From contig NW_021835038.1 of assembly GCF_006345805.1 (NCBI RefSeq), positions 5,416-69,415 of the forward strand: a stretch of 64,000 nt of DNA. The letters are read 5' to 3'. This document shows positions 49,137 to 62,725 of this stretch, piece by piece. Within the stretch, counting starts at the first letter, position 1; each line of letters starts with the position of its first letter. The notes under the pieces were generated by a model. It searched no databases and was not told where the DNA came from. It worked only from the letters and a program-made list of their open reading frames with translations. Position numbers and translations under genes: made by a program. The DNA is from Octopus sinensis (Eukaryota).

Positions 49137-49315
49137 GGGGGCAAAGGAAGTGATTGCGTCACTCATAGCCTCTCCTCTCCAGGTGTAATGATCGCTGCAG
49201 AGAACTTCTACCTGGCTGCGCCTTGCGGAAAGTTCTGCTTATGGCCTCTCCTGCACTACTGTGTCCACAGCAGCACCTTCACGCGGTACCCCTGTTTCTC
49301 ACTGAGCCTGCTGTG
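49137..49315 (+). ncRNA. HDV-like (CPEB3-type) ribozyme candidate
   Basis: P1 GGGGGC 49137-49142 / ACCCCT 49288-49293 (G.U first pair, top mismatch); P2 cacagcag 49266-49273 / ctgctgtg 49308-49315; P3 acc/ggt; L3 TTCACGC; GT after P1; J4/2 CTGA 49302-49305. Confidence 0.6.
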
Positions 49316-49694
49316 TGGCGCGACAGGGTGCTTGGCGGTATAACCGGGTGGGCAGACCGGGCTCGTTAGCCTTGTTGGCAGCCAGTCTAGGAGAAGGAAA
49401 ACTCTGACTCCAAACCCTCGCTCCGCTGCCTTGCGGATGCTCTTGGGAGAGGGAAAGGCTATGGGAGTAAACCCAGACAGAAAATCCGGAGTGGAGCCCC
49501 GAAGGCGGTAGGGTGTCGAATCTCGACCCTTTCCGGCAACTCCTGCAGCCAACCAGACTCCAAACGTACTGCACTGCATTCCTTTGGATTATGTCTGGGG
49601 GGCCGAGAGGGAGATTCTGGTGTCTGGGCAGCCCAGTGTCTTCGTTTTTCTACCGCCCAGGCTGCACCATGGAGAAAACTACTCCATCGATGGA
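49137..49694 (+). mobile_element. 558-bp RTE-derived non-autonomous retroelement with 12-bp TSD
   Basis: acttatctatag at 49126-49137 and 49695-49706; interior ggcagccagtctaggagaaggaaaactctgactccaaacc...gctgccttgcgg resembles RTE 5' UTRs as recalled; no RT coding sequence. Confidence 0.75.
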
Positions 49695-50085
49695 ACTTAT
49701 CTATAGTACTTATTTTCCCGAACCGCTGAGTTACGAGTACATAAACAAACCAACATACACACCTACGCACACACATACACACCCATATGTGTGGATTTTA
49801 CACTGTTTCCGTCTACCATATTTACTCAAAGTGTTTTGCAGGAACGTCTTAACTGCATAGACATGCCTAGTATAATGATATTCTTGGATAACGAAACAGA
49901 GGCGCTTTTCTGTTTTGTTTTGTTTTTCAAGAAACCATATGATACGTCCTTGGTTTTAAGAATACAAACATTTCTGTTAAAAGATTTCAGTAAATTTACC
50001 GATAAATTCTAACAAAGAATAATTATTATAATTATAATTATTATTATTATCATTATTATTATTTTTATTATTATTATTTTTTTTT

Positions 50086-50776
<691 letters not shown>

Positions 50777-50780
50777 CATT

Positions 50781-51336
50781 GAGTGAGAGAGCAGTGCATG
50801 CCATGAAAGTGACACGGGGGTAAAATATACAAAGCCCAGTATACCCATCATGACTTACCCGTCTGATAAGAGTACACCAGGCACATGCATCACAACCATA
50901 TTTACGAGACATGGTGATCTCATATCAAGATAACCAACGCATGACCTTGCAGGCGGGACTCAGTTAGAATTTTCTTCAAGTTGACTAGCCCATCCCGATC
51001 AAACTGTTCTTAAATAAGGGTTGTTTAAGGATGTTGAAAGATACACCCATGCTCCCAGAGGTGAATTATTCAAACTTCAAAAAATTCCTCTTATCACAAG
51101 AATATGATGCTCCCCCACCACTTCTGTTCATGATCAGAGATGCACATATCGTCAGCCACTAAGGGGCATGCTCAACTGGTTACGGTCAAACAACTGACAA
51201 GCAAATCTGTGGTATTGAGCAGAATATTTGCTGTAGCCCATCTTTTATACCAAGACAAAACAATGTACATGATAACACTTCCAATCAGTTAAGATCAGAA
51301 GACATGAGAGCCACTGCCTGGTACTGCATCAGGGCA
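50781..51336 (-). mobile_element. Complete copy of the (AAT)n-embedded non-coding element
   Basis: (ATT)n on both sides; homologous to 35703-36222. Confidence 0.8.
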
Positions 51337-51349
51337 TTTATTATTATTA

Positions 51350-51401
<52 letters not shown>

Positions 51402-51884
51402 CATTTTTTTTTTTTGCCATTCGAAAATTCTCAGGCAATACTCAGTTGAAATATACCGATCATGTCGGAATGAACTGTATGCTCAGAAAAGGGATTGTTA
51501 AACACTTGACGTAGTGTCACAGCAATCAATAATTTTGTTTCTTAGTGGAAAAATTCCTTTGCGGGAAAAGCTGAATAATCATAGAAATACAACATTCGGT
51601 TGATTGACAAAAATAGATAACATTAAAAGTTACACATTTACAGCTTCGTTCTGTTCAATAAACTCAAATAAACTCGTATTCAGATGTTCGACTTATGAAC
51701 AGTTTTTTTTTTTTGTTTTTTTTTAATCATATTTTATGGGAAAGAAGCATTAAAAATCAGGTAAACTACGAATAAAAATGATAAATTTGTCGAAAATCTT
51801 ACTTGAAACTTCTCTTCTTTTTTTTACTGATACTTTTATCATTAAAGTCGGGGAAAATGAAACAATAAAATAAAGGTGTGCGCG

Positions 51885-51932
51885 GTGTATATTATATATA
51901 TATATATATATTATATATATGTGTGTTGTGTG

Positions 51933-51963
<31 letters not shown>

Positions 51964-52219
51964 TGGTGTGTTGTACGTTCATTTGTGTGTATATGTATAT
52001 ATATTTATACACATTTATTATCAATTACAAATATATATGTATGTATATATATAGTATATATACATGTACCACAAATTATACGTATATGCTTATAATATAT
52101 ACAGATACACACACAACACACGTATATATATATATATATACAGATATATGTATATGTATGTATATATGTATGTATATATAATATATATATATATACATAT
52201 ATATATATGTATGTATGTA

Positions 52220-52288
<69 letters not shown>

Positions 52289-52384
52289 TATACAGATGTA
52301 TATATATACACAGATATATATATATATATATACAGATATACGTGTATATGTATATATATGTATGGTTCTATGTATGTATGTATG

Positions 52385-52428
<44 letters not shown>

Positions 52429-52450
52429 GTGCGACTGCGTGTGTAATGTA
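51885..52450. repeat. (TA)n/(TG)n compound array
   Basis: Direct reading. Confidence 0.95.
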
Positions 52451-52721
52451 TGCATGTTTTTTGGCTTCTCAGAGATATGCCCTGACGTCGATATTAAAAT
52501 ATCGGACCAAATCTTGTCAATGTTTCCTCTGAATTAAGGAAGCCATTTTGGTGTTAGCTGTAAAATGTTAGTTATCAAAACGAAACGTATCTATCACTTT
52601 TCTTTCTTTTCTTATTCTTTTCTTTTTTTTTTTTGTCGGAAGACAAATATTAATAATAAATGGAATTTGTAAAGTTTACAGAGGCAAAACGTATCAAAAA
52701 TATTTTCAGTACTCTCCATGG

Positions 52722-52819
52722 TGAATAATAATAATAATAATAATAATATAATAATAATAATAATAATAATAAAAATAATAATAATAATATAATAATAATA
52801 ATAATAATAATAATAAATG

Positions 52820-52856
<37 letters not shown>

Positions 52857-52900
52857 TATAATAATCTAATAATAATATAATAAAAATAATAATAATAATA

Positions 52901-52946
<46 letters not shown>

Positions 52947-52957
52947 TAATAATAATA

Positions 52958-53002
<45 letters not shown>

Positions 53003-53007
53003 TAATA

Positions 53008-53045
<38 letters not shown>

Positions 53046-53080
53046 TAATAATAATATAATAATAATAATAATAATAATAA
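52722..53080. repeat. (AAT)n array
   Basis: Direct reading. Confidence 0.95.
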
Positions 53081-53392
53081 TCTTCAAAATACAATGACCT
53101 GGAAATAGAAGTAACTCGAATGTGGAATCTAAAAACAGAAACAATTCCTATCATAGTAGGCGCATTAGGTATGATAAAAAAATATTCAGACAAATACATA
53201 ACAAAAACACCAGGACTTACAAATATATACAACATACAGAAAATTGGACTACTAGGCACTGCACACATCCTACACAAAACACTTTCAATGCAGTAACCAT
53301 CAGAGCATCACAGCAAACCACAGCACATATTCAAGGCACACAGAGCTGCGCTCGGTAGTGAAGTGAAAGCACGATATAAAAATAAAACTATT
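53081..53392 (+). mobile_element. R4/Dong-type LINE 3' fragment in (AAT)n
   Basis: SKYNDLEIEVTRMWNLKTETIPIIVGALGMIKK...QKIGLLGTAHILHKTLSM, close to the C-terminus of the 19349 element; (AAT)n both sides. Confidence 0.85.
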
Positions 53393-53411
53393 GATAATAA
53401 TAATAATAATA

Positions 53412-53466
<55 letters not shown>

Positions 53467-53467
<1 letters not shown>

Positions 53468-54720
53468 TGTATAACTGTAACTTACTGACTGCGGGGATAA
53501 TGGAGCAAACATGGATGAGAAAAGGAAAGACCGTGCTGATATCGAAAAACAATGAAAGGGAGGTACAGTCAATTGTTATAGACCTAATATGTGCTGACTG
53601 TTACTCTGGAAATTATTAATTAACCTCAAAGCAGATGAAGTGCATAGCTATGTAGAGAAGGAGAATTTATTGCCAGGGGAGCAAAAAGAATGCATAAAGA
53701 AGTCAAGGGAAAATGCTGATCTGATGCATAATGATAGTAGGACACTAAATGTGATACGAATAAGAAGCAAAAAAATATAGCTATTGGACAGATAGACTTC
53801 AAGAAGTTTATGACGATGTTCTACACTGCTGGCTCATGGAATGTCTGGGGACACTCAAAGTCAATGAGAAGATAAACTGTGTTTTTTTTTAGAAATAAGA
53901 AACAATTAGAGCAATGGAAGTAAAACAAATGTGAATCATTAGGAAATGTGAAAATACAAAGGGGGATACTCCAGGGAGACTCACTCTCTCCTTTACTTTT
54001 CATCATTGCATTAATCCCTTTGATAAAGATATTGAGAAAATACCGGCCTTCCCTATGAATTTGTCCAAACTAGGGTGAAAATTAATCACCTACGATATAT
54101 GGATGACCTCAAACTGTATACAAAAAAAAAAAAGGAATAGGCCTGTATTCTCTATTATAAATAGTAAAATTATTTAGCAAGGATATTGGGATGCAGTTTG
54201 AAGTAAATAAGCGTACAGATTTAACTATGGAGAAACATCGAAGGGTTACATTTGACAGAATAAAATTACAAGGCGGTGAACTGGAAGAAACGTTAGCACG
54301 CCGGGCGAAATGCTTAGCAGTATCTCGTCTGCCGCTGCATTCTGAGTTCAAATTCCGCCGAGGTCGACTTTGCCTTTCATCCTTTCGGGGTCGATAAATT
54401 AAGTACCAGTTACGCACTGGGGTCGATGTAATCGACTTAATCCGTTTGTCTGTCCTTGTTTGTCCCCTCTGTGTTTAGCCCCTTGTGGGCAATAAAGAAA
54501 TAAGCATAAAATTACAAGATGATATCGTTAGGTCGGTGAGAAATAATGAGGGATACAAGTACAGGTACGATTAGATAATGAAAAGAGAAATTGTCTCCAA
54601 AGAGAAGGGTTAGGAGAGATTCGAAACAAAACTATCTCTGCGAATACGAAATACGATCTACACTTGGACATCTTAAAGAGGGTCCTTTCTTGCACTGGAA
54701 ATAAGAAAAAAAAATGCAGA
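53467..54720 (+). mobile_element. Decayed R4/Dong-type RT fragment, interrupted by a SINE B
   Basis: EQKEC about 53680; [23 protein letters not shown] about 53954-54022; YMDDLKLY about 54097-54120; starts right after (AAT)n. Confidence 0.75.
54271..54502 (+). mobile_element. SINE family B, full length (B1 tail)
   Basis: ggcggtgaactggaagaaacgttagcacg to aataaagaaata. Confidence 0.9.
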
Positions 54721-54764
54721 TTATGTCCCACAGAGGCCATTCATATGTTAGTAAGTAATAATAA

Positions 54765-55040
54765 GTAAGTAAAATCTTTCGCTGGTGACTGGAGGTAGAG
54801 GCTGTCCTCTTAACCAATACGCCGTTTCGGTGGCGCTGGATGACGGACTCTGGTGATGATGTTATTCCACTCTTTCCGATCCATAGCACTGACCTTAGCA
54901 TGCTTGAGGTCTAGGCGCTGCGACTTCAAGTCTTCCTCAATTTGTTTTGACCTTGTCTTCTTTGTTGCATAGTGCTGGGATCCTCCAGTGCGAGGATCGC
55001 TGCCGCCACAAAAGTTGGTGTGGTAGTCTTCTGGTGCTCA
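54765..55040 (-). mobile_element. RTE-clade LINE 3' end
   Basis: Minus strand QIEEDLKSQRLDLKHAKVSAMDRKEWNNII (DRxxW terminus) followed by a (TTAC)n-like tail. Confidence 0.6.
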
Positions 55041-55142
55041 TTCTGCTCGACTAAAGGCGGTGCTCCAGCATGGCTACAGTCAAATGACTGAAACAAGTAA
55101 AAGAGTAAAAGAGAGTAAAATATATATATATGTGTGTGTGTT

Positions 55143-55193
<51 letters not shown>

Positions 55194-55687
55194 TGTGTGT
55201 GTGTGTGTGTGTACTCGTAAATGTTTAAACAAGCACACAGTGTGCTCAATTCAATTTGATGACCACGTATCTTTCTCGTATAAATTAATTTGCAATTTTT
55301 TTTTTGCACTTTTACAACAACAACAACAATAATAATAACAACAATAATAAGTGAAACTCAGTGTGATAGCTTCGTTACCATTTTTAGCATTTTCACATGA
55401 ACATTGTTGCAAGTACTGATGTCAGGAGAATTATCTTGTAAAAGAGATTCTTATTAACAAGAATCTGGGAAAAAAAGCCTTTGTAAGTCTCCTCGACAAA
55501 ATGCTGCCTAACTATTACTTAGTTGCATAACCATTTACCATGTCGCTAGATTACAAAGCAGTCATCATGAGAGGCGTGGTCTTTAACCAATTTAACGTAA
55601 AATATGTTCCACATTTCTGGCAAACATTATGTTCTACGAATATAGTTTTATTAATCTTCTCACTTCGTCACCTCGCTTTATTACGCG

Positions 55688-56915
55688 CATACATACATAC
55701 GTACGTGCATATATGCATGCATACATACGTACGTGCATACATACATACATACATACATACATACATACATACATACATACATACATACGTACATACATAC
55801 ATACGTACGTGCATACATGCATGCATACATACATACATACATACATACATACATACATACATACAAGCATTTATACCTACATACATACGTACGTACATAC
55901 ATACATACATACATACATACATACATACATACATACATACATACATACATACGTACATACATACATACATGCATACACACATACATACATACATACATAC
56001 ATACATACGTACGTACGTACGTACGTACGTACATACATACATACATACATACATACATACATACATACATACATACATACATACATACATACATACGTAC
56101 GTGCATACATGCATGCATGCATACATACATACATACATACATACATACATACATACATACATACATACATACATGCATACATGCATACATACATATGTAC
56201 ATGCATACATGCATGCATACATACATACATACATACATACATACATACATACATACGTACGTACGTACGTACATACATACATACATACATACATACGTAC
56301 GTACGTACGTACGTACATACATACATACATACGTACACACATACATACATACATACATTTGTACATACATACATACATACATACACACATACATACATAC
56401 ATACATACATACGTACGTACATACATACATACATACATACGTACATACATACATACATACAAGCATTTATACCTACATGCGTACATACATACATGCATGC
56501 ATGTAATTTATATACATACATATGTAATGCATACACACATATACACACATACACAAGAATATAAATATAAAACGTAAATAATACATAAATGCATATTCAC
56601 AAAATTAAACGTACATAGATATATTCATACATATATGCATACATATATATGTATACATGTACACACACACACACATACACTTATGTATGTATATTTCAAT
56701 ACATACATAGATATATATACATATATACATACACATAAATACATTTGTATATTTATTCATATATATACATTCGTACATACAGACATACATACATACATAC
56801 ATATACACACATACACATATATATATATACATATACATGCATACATATACATACATACATGTATACATACATATACATGCATACATCCTACATTCATACA
56901 TACATACACATAGAC

Positions 56916-56947
<32 letters not shown>

Positions 56948-57199
56948 GTGTGTTTATACGCATATACATGCACATACACACACACACAATATATATATAT
57001 ATTATATATATATATACATACACATATATAAACATATACACATACATATACACACATATATATACATATACGTAAACACATACACATACGTTTACACATA
57101 TATGTGTGTGTGTATATATCTGTAGGTATATATATATATGTGTGTGTGTGTTGTGTTGTGTGTGTGTGTGTGTATGTGTATGTGCATGCATATATGTAG

Positions 57200-57232
<33 letters not shown>

Positions 57233-57240
57233 ATATATAT
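55688..57240. repeat. About 1.5 kb (CATA)n then (TA/CA)n compound array
   Basis: Direct reading; source of the HTYI/MYVC ORFs. Confidence 0.95.
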
Positions 57241-57335
57241 ATGTAGGGAGAGTTTACGAAACAAACAAAAGACGAAGACCGGTGGTGTACAAAACAACAG
57301 ATGTATTAGTATAAACGCTCAGGAATAAAAAAAGT

Positions 57336-57372
57336 ATTTCACGTTTCGAGCCTACCTCTTCTACAGAAAGGG
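57336..57372 (-). ncRNA. Vestigial minimal hammerhead-like motif (H7), probably inactive
   Basis: Minus strand ttt-CTGTAGAA-gag...ctc-GAAACGT-G-aaa; core A6 changed and G at the cleavage position; lies in a short element after (TA)n resembling the H3 context. Confidence 0.35.
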
Positions 57373-57419
57373 ACACAGAAAAAATGTGTGTAGTGGCTAA
57401 CGATTTATCATGGCGGTGC

Positions 57420-57472
57420 ATGTGTATATGTATATGTATGTAAATGTATAAATATGTATGTATGTATGTAAA

Positions 57473-57508
<36 letters not shown>

Positions 57509-57710
57509 TGTATGTATGTATGTATGTATGTATGTATGTATGTATATGTATCATACATACATACATACATGCATACATACATACATGCATACATACATAC
57601 ATACATACATACATACATACATACATACATACATACATAAAGGTATGTCCTATCTTCCGTTGTCTTTATTTAATCCTGAAAATATTTATGTATAGTACGC
57701 ACTCATTAAA

Positions 57711-57744
<34 letters not shown>

Positions 57745-57990
57745 CATACATACATACATACATACATACATACATACATACATGCATGCATGCATGCATA
57801 CATACATACATACATACACGCACACATACATAAATACATACATACATACATACATACATACATACATACATACATACATACATACATACACATACATACG
57901 CATGTACACATATATATATACACATACACATATACATGCATACATACATGCACATACACACATATACATACATGCATACGTATACATATA
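57420..57990. repeat. (TATG)n abutting (CATA)n arrays
   Basis: Direct reading; orientation switch at about 57551. Confidence 0.95.
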
Positions 57991-58346
57991 AACAGGAAAC
58001 TGCAACTCAAAACATGTCCTGTATGTACGTGTTTTTTATAAATAAGCGGGAGAAGTTAGAAGGTAACTCATGCACTAGGAGTTTCGTTCTTTGACACCTG
58101 TGTATGTATGTATCTATGTGTGTATGCGTGTGTGTATGCATGTATATATATGTATGTATGCATGTGTGTATGTATGTGTATATGTGCGTATGTATACGTT
58201 AGTGTATGTCTGTGAGTGTATGTGTGTGAGGGAGTGTGTTTACATATCTATTTGTGCATATATATGTATTCATAAATGCGTATATTCAAATATATATGTA
58301 TATTTATATATATATGTGTGTGTATATATCTATCTATCCACCTATC

Positions 58347-58381
<35 letters not shown>

Positions 58382-58383
<2 letters not shown>

Positions 58384-58603
58384 CTTTACTGCCCACAAGG
58401 GGCTAAACACAGAGGTTACAAAGAAGGACAGACAAAGGGATTAAGTCGATTACATCGACCCCAGTGCGTAACTGGTACTTTAGTTATCGACCCCGAAAGG
58501 ATGAAAGGCAAAGTCGACCTCGGCGGAATTTGAACTCAGAACGTAACGGCGGACGAAATACGGCTACGCATTTCGCCCGGCGCTTGCTAACGTTTCTGCC
58601 AGG
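58382..58603 (-). mobile_element. SINE family B, full length (B1 tail)
   Basis: tttctttactgcccacaagggg to aacgtttctgccag. Confidence 0.9.
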
Positions 58604-58629
58604 TCATATATATGTGTGTGTGTGTGTGT

Positions 58630-58673
<44 letters not shown>

Positions 58674-59284
58674 TGTACTATATATATATTTATATATACA
58701 TACACACGCTCACACAGGCACGTGCACACATATAGTTTCGTAAGTATGAATTATGTATGTGTGTGTGTGTATAAGTCTCTGAAGAGGAATGCAAGTAAAA
58801 AATATATATTACAAAATAATTATGCGCTGTTTTTTTGTTGATTTTTTTGTTTTCTTCTTTTATAGATGTCTATGGGAATTGAAAGACAGTTACGTTCCTG
58901 GAAGTTGTTCGCTCTAAACTTTTGCAATTGCTGCGCCTACCTAATTTGTATAAATACACCGAAAAATAATTATTCCTAGCATTAAATTGTGTCTGAAATG
59001 ATGCTATCCCACAGAGGATTAATGAAAATAATATCTCATCAGAACAACGCATCTTAAATAGATTAAAGCTTTTGGAGGTATTATTATTATTTTTTTTTTT
59101 TTTTTTTGCTTTGTTTTAAAAACACTTAAAAAAATGATTTTGAATTTCGCTTGTTATTTCCGTCATTGTATATTTTTAATTATTTATTTCATGTCATCTG
59201 TTTTTTTTTTTTTTTTTTTTTTTTACTTTTCTTGTCTTTTTTCTGTGCAAAATGCGTAATCTTCCCTAGCTATTCTCTGAAAAT

Positions 59285-59326
59285 CATCGTTGTCGTTGTC
59301 ATCATCATCATCATCATCACCACATT

Positions 59327-59360
<34 letters not shown>

Positions 59361-59648
59361 ACATCATCATCATCCATCATCACAATCATCATCATCATCA
59401 TCACAATCATCATCATCATCAATCAACATCATCATCATCATCATCACAATCATCATCATCATCACCACCATCATCATCATCATCATCACATCATCATCAT
59501 CAATCATCATCATCTCATCATCATCATCATCATCATCAATCATCATCATCATCTCATCACAATCATCATCATCATCATCATCATATCATCATCATCATCA
59601 TCAACATCATCATCATCATCATCATCATCACAATCATCTCATCATCAA

Positions 59649-59728
<80 letters not shown>

Positions 59729-59735
59729 CAATCCA

Positions 59736-59788
<53 letters not shown>

Positions 59789-59834
59789 ACATCATCATCA
59801 TCATCATCATCAACATCATCATCATCATCATCAC

Positions 59835-59911
<77 letters not shown>

Positions 59912-59912
59912 T
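59285..59912. repeat. (CAT)n array
   Basis: Direct reading. Confidence 0.95.
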
Positions 59913-60407
59913 CTTCTCGAGCATTAACTCTCTCAAGACTCATAGGGTCGGTTACCTGGTTCCCTCGTCTTATAAGGAGACCGAGGTCACCAGTTTGCCC
60001 TGTGAATATGAATACAGCCAGTTCAGCTGTAAATGTGTATCACCGAACAGGATAGACCCTTTACAGCTAAACCGGCCTGGAGCAACATGAAATGTAGTAT
60101 TTTACTCAAGGTCATAACTCACCGCTCAGCCTGCAAATCGAAACCACGACCTTGCGACGTCAGTGCGAGACTCTAACCGCTTGGTCACGTACCTTAACCT
60201 CTCTTAAAGTAGTTTTATTTCATTTCTTAGTGTGAGGAGAAGGAGCAGCGCCTACGAAGTTTATTCATTTTTCTTCTGGCCTTCGAGAATAGTAAAAGGC
60301 TGGTGGGGTACCCTCAAAATGGAAGGAAGCCCCCGGGTGTTTCCAGTACAGAGGTTTATATTAAAGACACCCGAGGACCGGGTTGTAATGTCAAACCGGA
60401 TAATGAA

Positions 60408-60622
60408 TCTTTTCTACTCTAGGCACAAGGCCCGAAGTTTGGGGGGAGGGAGCCAGTCGATTAGATCGACTCCAGTACGCAACTGGTACTTAATTTATCG
60501 ACCCTGAAAGGATGAAAGGCGAAGTCGACCTCGGCGGAATTTGAACTCAGAACACGAAGACAGACGAAATACCGCTAAGAATTTCGCCCGGCATGTTAAT
60601 GTTTCTGCCAGCTCACCATCTT
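60408..60622 (-). mobile_element. SINE family B (B2 tail)
   Basis: ttttctactctaggcacaaggccc to tctgccagctcacc. Confidence 0.85.
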
Positions 60623-60770
60623 AAACCGGATGAGGAATAAAAAATCTCCCGACCAAAGGGAGAAATAGTCTCTTCAACAGTCTTCCGTTCGGTTCTCGGC
60701 TGCCGAATTCCAACCACAAGGGCTCCGCCGATCATTTCCTACTTATTTGCTTCAGTCATATTAGACTGCA

Positions 60771-62408
60771 GCTATGCTGGGGCACTACCATCGGCATCAC
60801 CACCATAGGCTACAGTAGAAGTTCTTTATTCAAGGTGTCAAGCAGTGGGACTGAACCCGGAACCATACGGTTGGGAAGCAAACTTCTTACAACACAGCCA
60901 CGCCTGAGGCCTGATATAGTAACAGAAACTTGCCCAAGTTTCTACGACGCTGGATCGAACCCGCAACCACGTCAGTAATTGCAAAGTGAACCTGTTAGCC
61001 ATGCGACCATGCCCCCACCGACTGTGTTATTTCAGAAAAATAATTGTCACTTTCACGAATGCCATTATGATGTCGGCACCAATTTTGTCGTTCCTGACTC
61101 AATCAACCTTGATAAGGATGCCGAGCAGTAAACGATAGTTTGTAGAACTTTCTACAGAGTTGGATCAATCAGGGTACTCTACGTTTGCACCAACTCGACC
61201 ACCTTTGAGAGAGTAAACCGCATGGGGTAGAGCTGTTTATTTACTTTTCTGCTCATCCAAAGACGTGGCGGGTAGCGAGTAAGAGATGGTATGAAGTAGT
61301 TATCTTGAAGAATCTTTATCGCGATTTTAGAAAAAAAAAAAGAAAAAAAAATTATGAAAAACATTAAGTAAACAATAAAACAAAAAAATTAAAAAAATTA
61401 AAAGACAGATAAAGGAAAGAAAATAAATATTTTTGCTGAATGTTTTAGGAAAGATATAAGCAATGTCAGCGAGAACTATTTGCTGTAATTTTTCAACTTA
61501 AAGAGATCGCTCATATCATGTGTTCTTTAAAATACATCTCTTCTTACCTTCCGTCTTAAACACAAATGCACCAATTCCGTTACTAGGACTTGAAGAACGT
61601 AGTATAATGTGATTTAGTAATACACACACATGCACACAGACACACACACACATTCACACACATATGTATATACGTGCGTGTATGTGTCAGTATTTATATA
61701 ATACTATATATTTCTCTTAAAATAACGATGTTTATATCATTTGCATCATGTAATTCCCTTTAATTCATTAAGCAGATTGTGTATTAGATTTGTTTTAGAC
61801 TGTGTTTCAGGTCATTATAAGTGCTTTGTACATCGTTTTTAAAATCTAATATTGTTCGAACTGTGGCATATTGATCTGCTTCTATATTTTTATTCCAGGG
61901 CGGGGAGCTGGCAGAAACGTTAGCACGCCGGACGAAATGCGTAGCCGTATTTTCGTCTGTCGTTACATTCTGAGTTCAAATTCCGCCGAGGTCGACTTTG
62001 CCTTTCATCCTTTCGGGGTCGATAAATTAAGTACCAGTTTCGCACTGGGGTCGATGTAATCGACTTAATCCCTTTGTCTGTCTTTGTTTGTCCCCTCTAT
62101 GTTTAGCCCCTTGTGGGTAGTAAAGAAATATATATTTTTATTCCAACATTATTGTATTCTTCGGGGACATGGTCGCATGGCTAACAGGTTCACTTTGCAA
62201 TTACTGACGTGGTTGCGGGTTCGATCCAGCGTCGTAGAAACTTGGGCAAGTTTCTGTTACTATATCCTCAGGTGTGGCTGTGTTGTAAGAAGTTTGCTTC
62301 CCAACCGTATGGGATCCGGGTTCAGTCCCACTGCTTGACGACACCTTGAATAAAGAACTTCTACTATAGCCTATGGTGGTGATGCTGATGGCAGTACCCC
62401 AGCATAGC
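60771..62408. repeat. 245-bp near-identical inverted repeat pair (60771-61015 and 62163-62408) built from SINE fragments
   Basis: Manual reverse complement matches with only a few substitutions and small indels, including identical internal junctions. Confidence 0.9.
61899..62130 (+). mobile_element. SINE family B, full length (B1 tail)
   Basis: ggcggggagctggcagaaacg to gtaaagaaata. Confidence 0.9.
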
Positions 62409-62547
62409 AAAGACAATAAAATAATAATAACATCCTAATAATAATAATAATAATATCCTATCATTAGTGATGTCGGCCTCAATATAAAAACAACAGAATT
62501 CACTAGAAGATCCAACTTACAATAGCGACAACAACAACAACAACGTA

Positions 62548-62722
62548 ATCTTTTCTACTATAGGCACAAGGCTCCAAATTTTGGAGAAGGCTAATCGATT
62601 ACATCGAACCTAGTGTTTAAATCGTATTTATTTTATCGACCCCAAAAGGAAAAAAGACGAAGCCGACCTTGGTGGTATTTGAACTCAGAACGTCAAGCAA
62701 GAAAAAATGCTACTAAGCATTT
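62548..62722 (-). mobile_element. SINE family B (B2 tail), diverged
   Basis: atcttttctactataggcacaagg...gaactcagaacg...ctaagcatttt. Confidence 0.75.
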
Positions 62723-62725
62723 TGT

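Larger units (their letters stand above)
49028..49860 (-). mobile_element. Diverged SINE family A split by the RTE-derived insertion
   Basis: Tail portion 49028-49137 and remainder 49695-49860 (ccgaaccgctgagttacg, tttccgtctacca). Confidence 0.7.

Noticed and set aside
49405-49510. Twister or second HDV ribozyme in the ccgctgccttgcgg...gggagtaaaccc...aaggcgg region
   Set aside because: Hairpins and a possible loop pairing exist, but the twister pseudoknot complementarity and an HDV L3/J4/2 could not be fitted.
61179-61364. Minus-strand ORF as a host exon
   Set aside because: No recognisable protein motif and weak splice signals.
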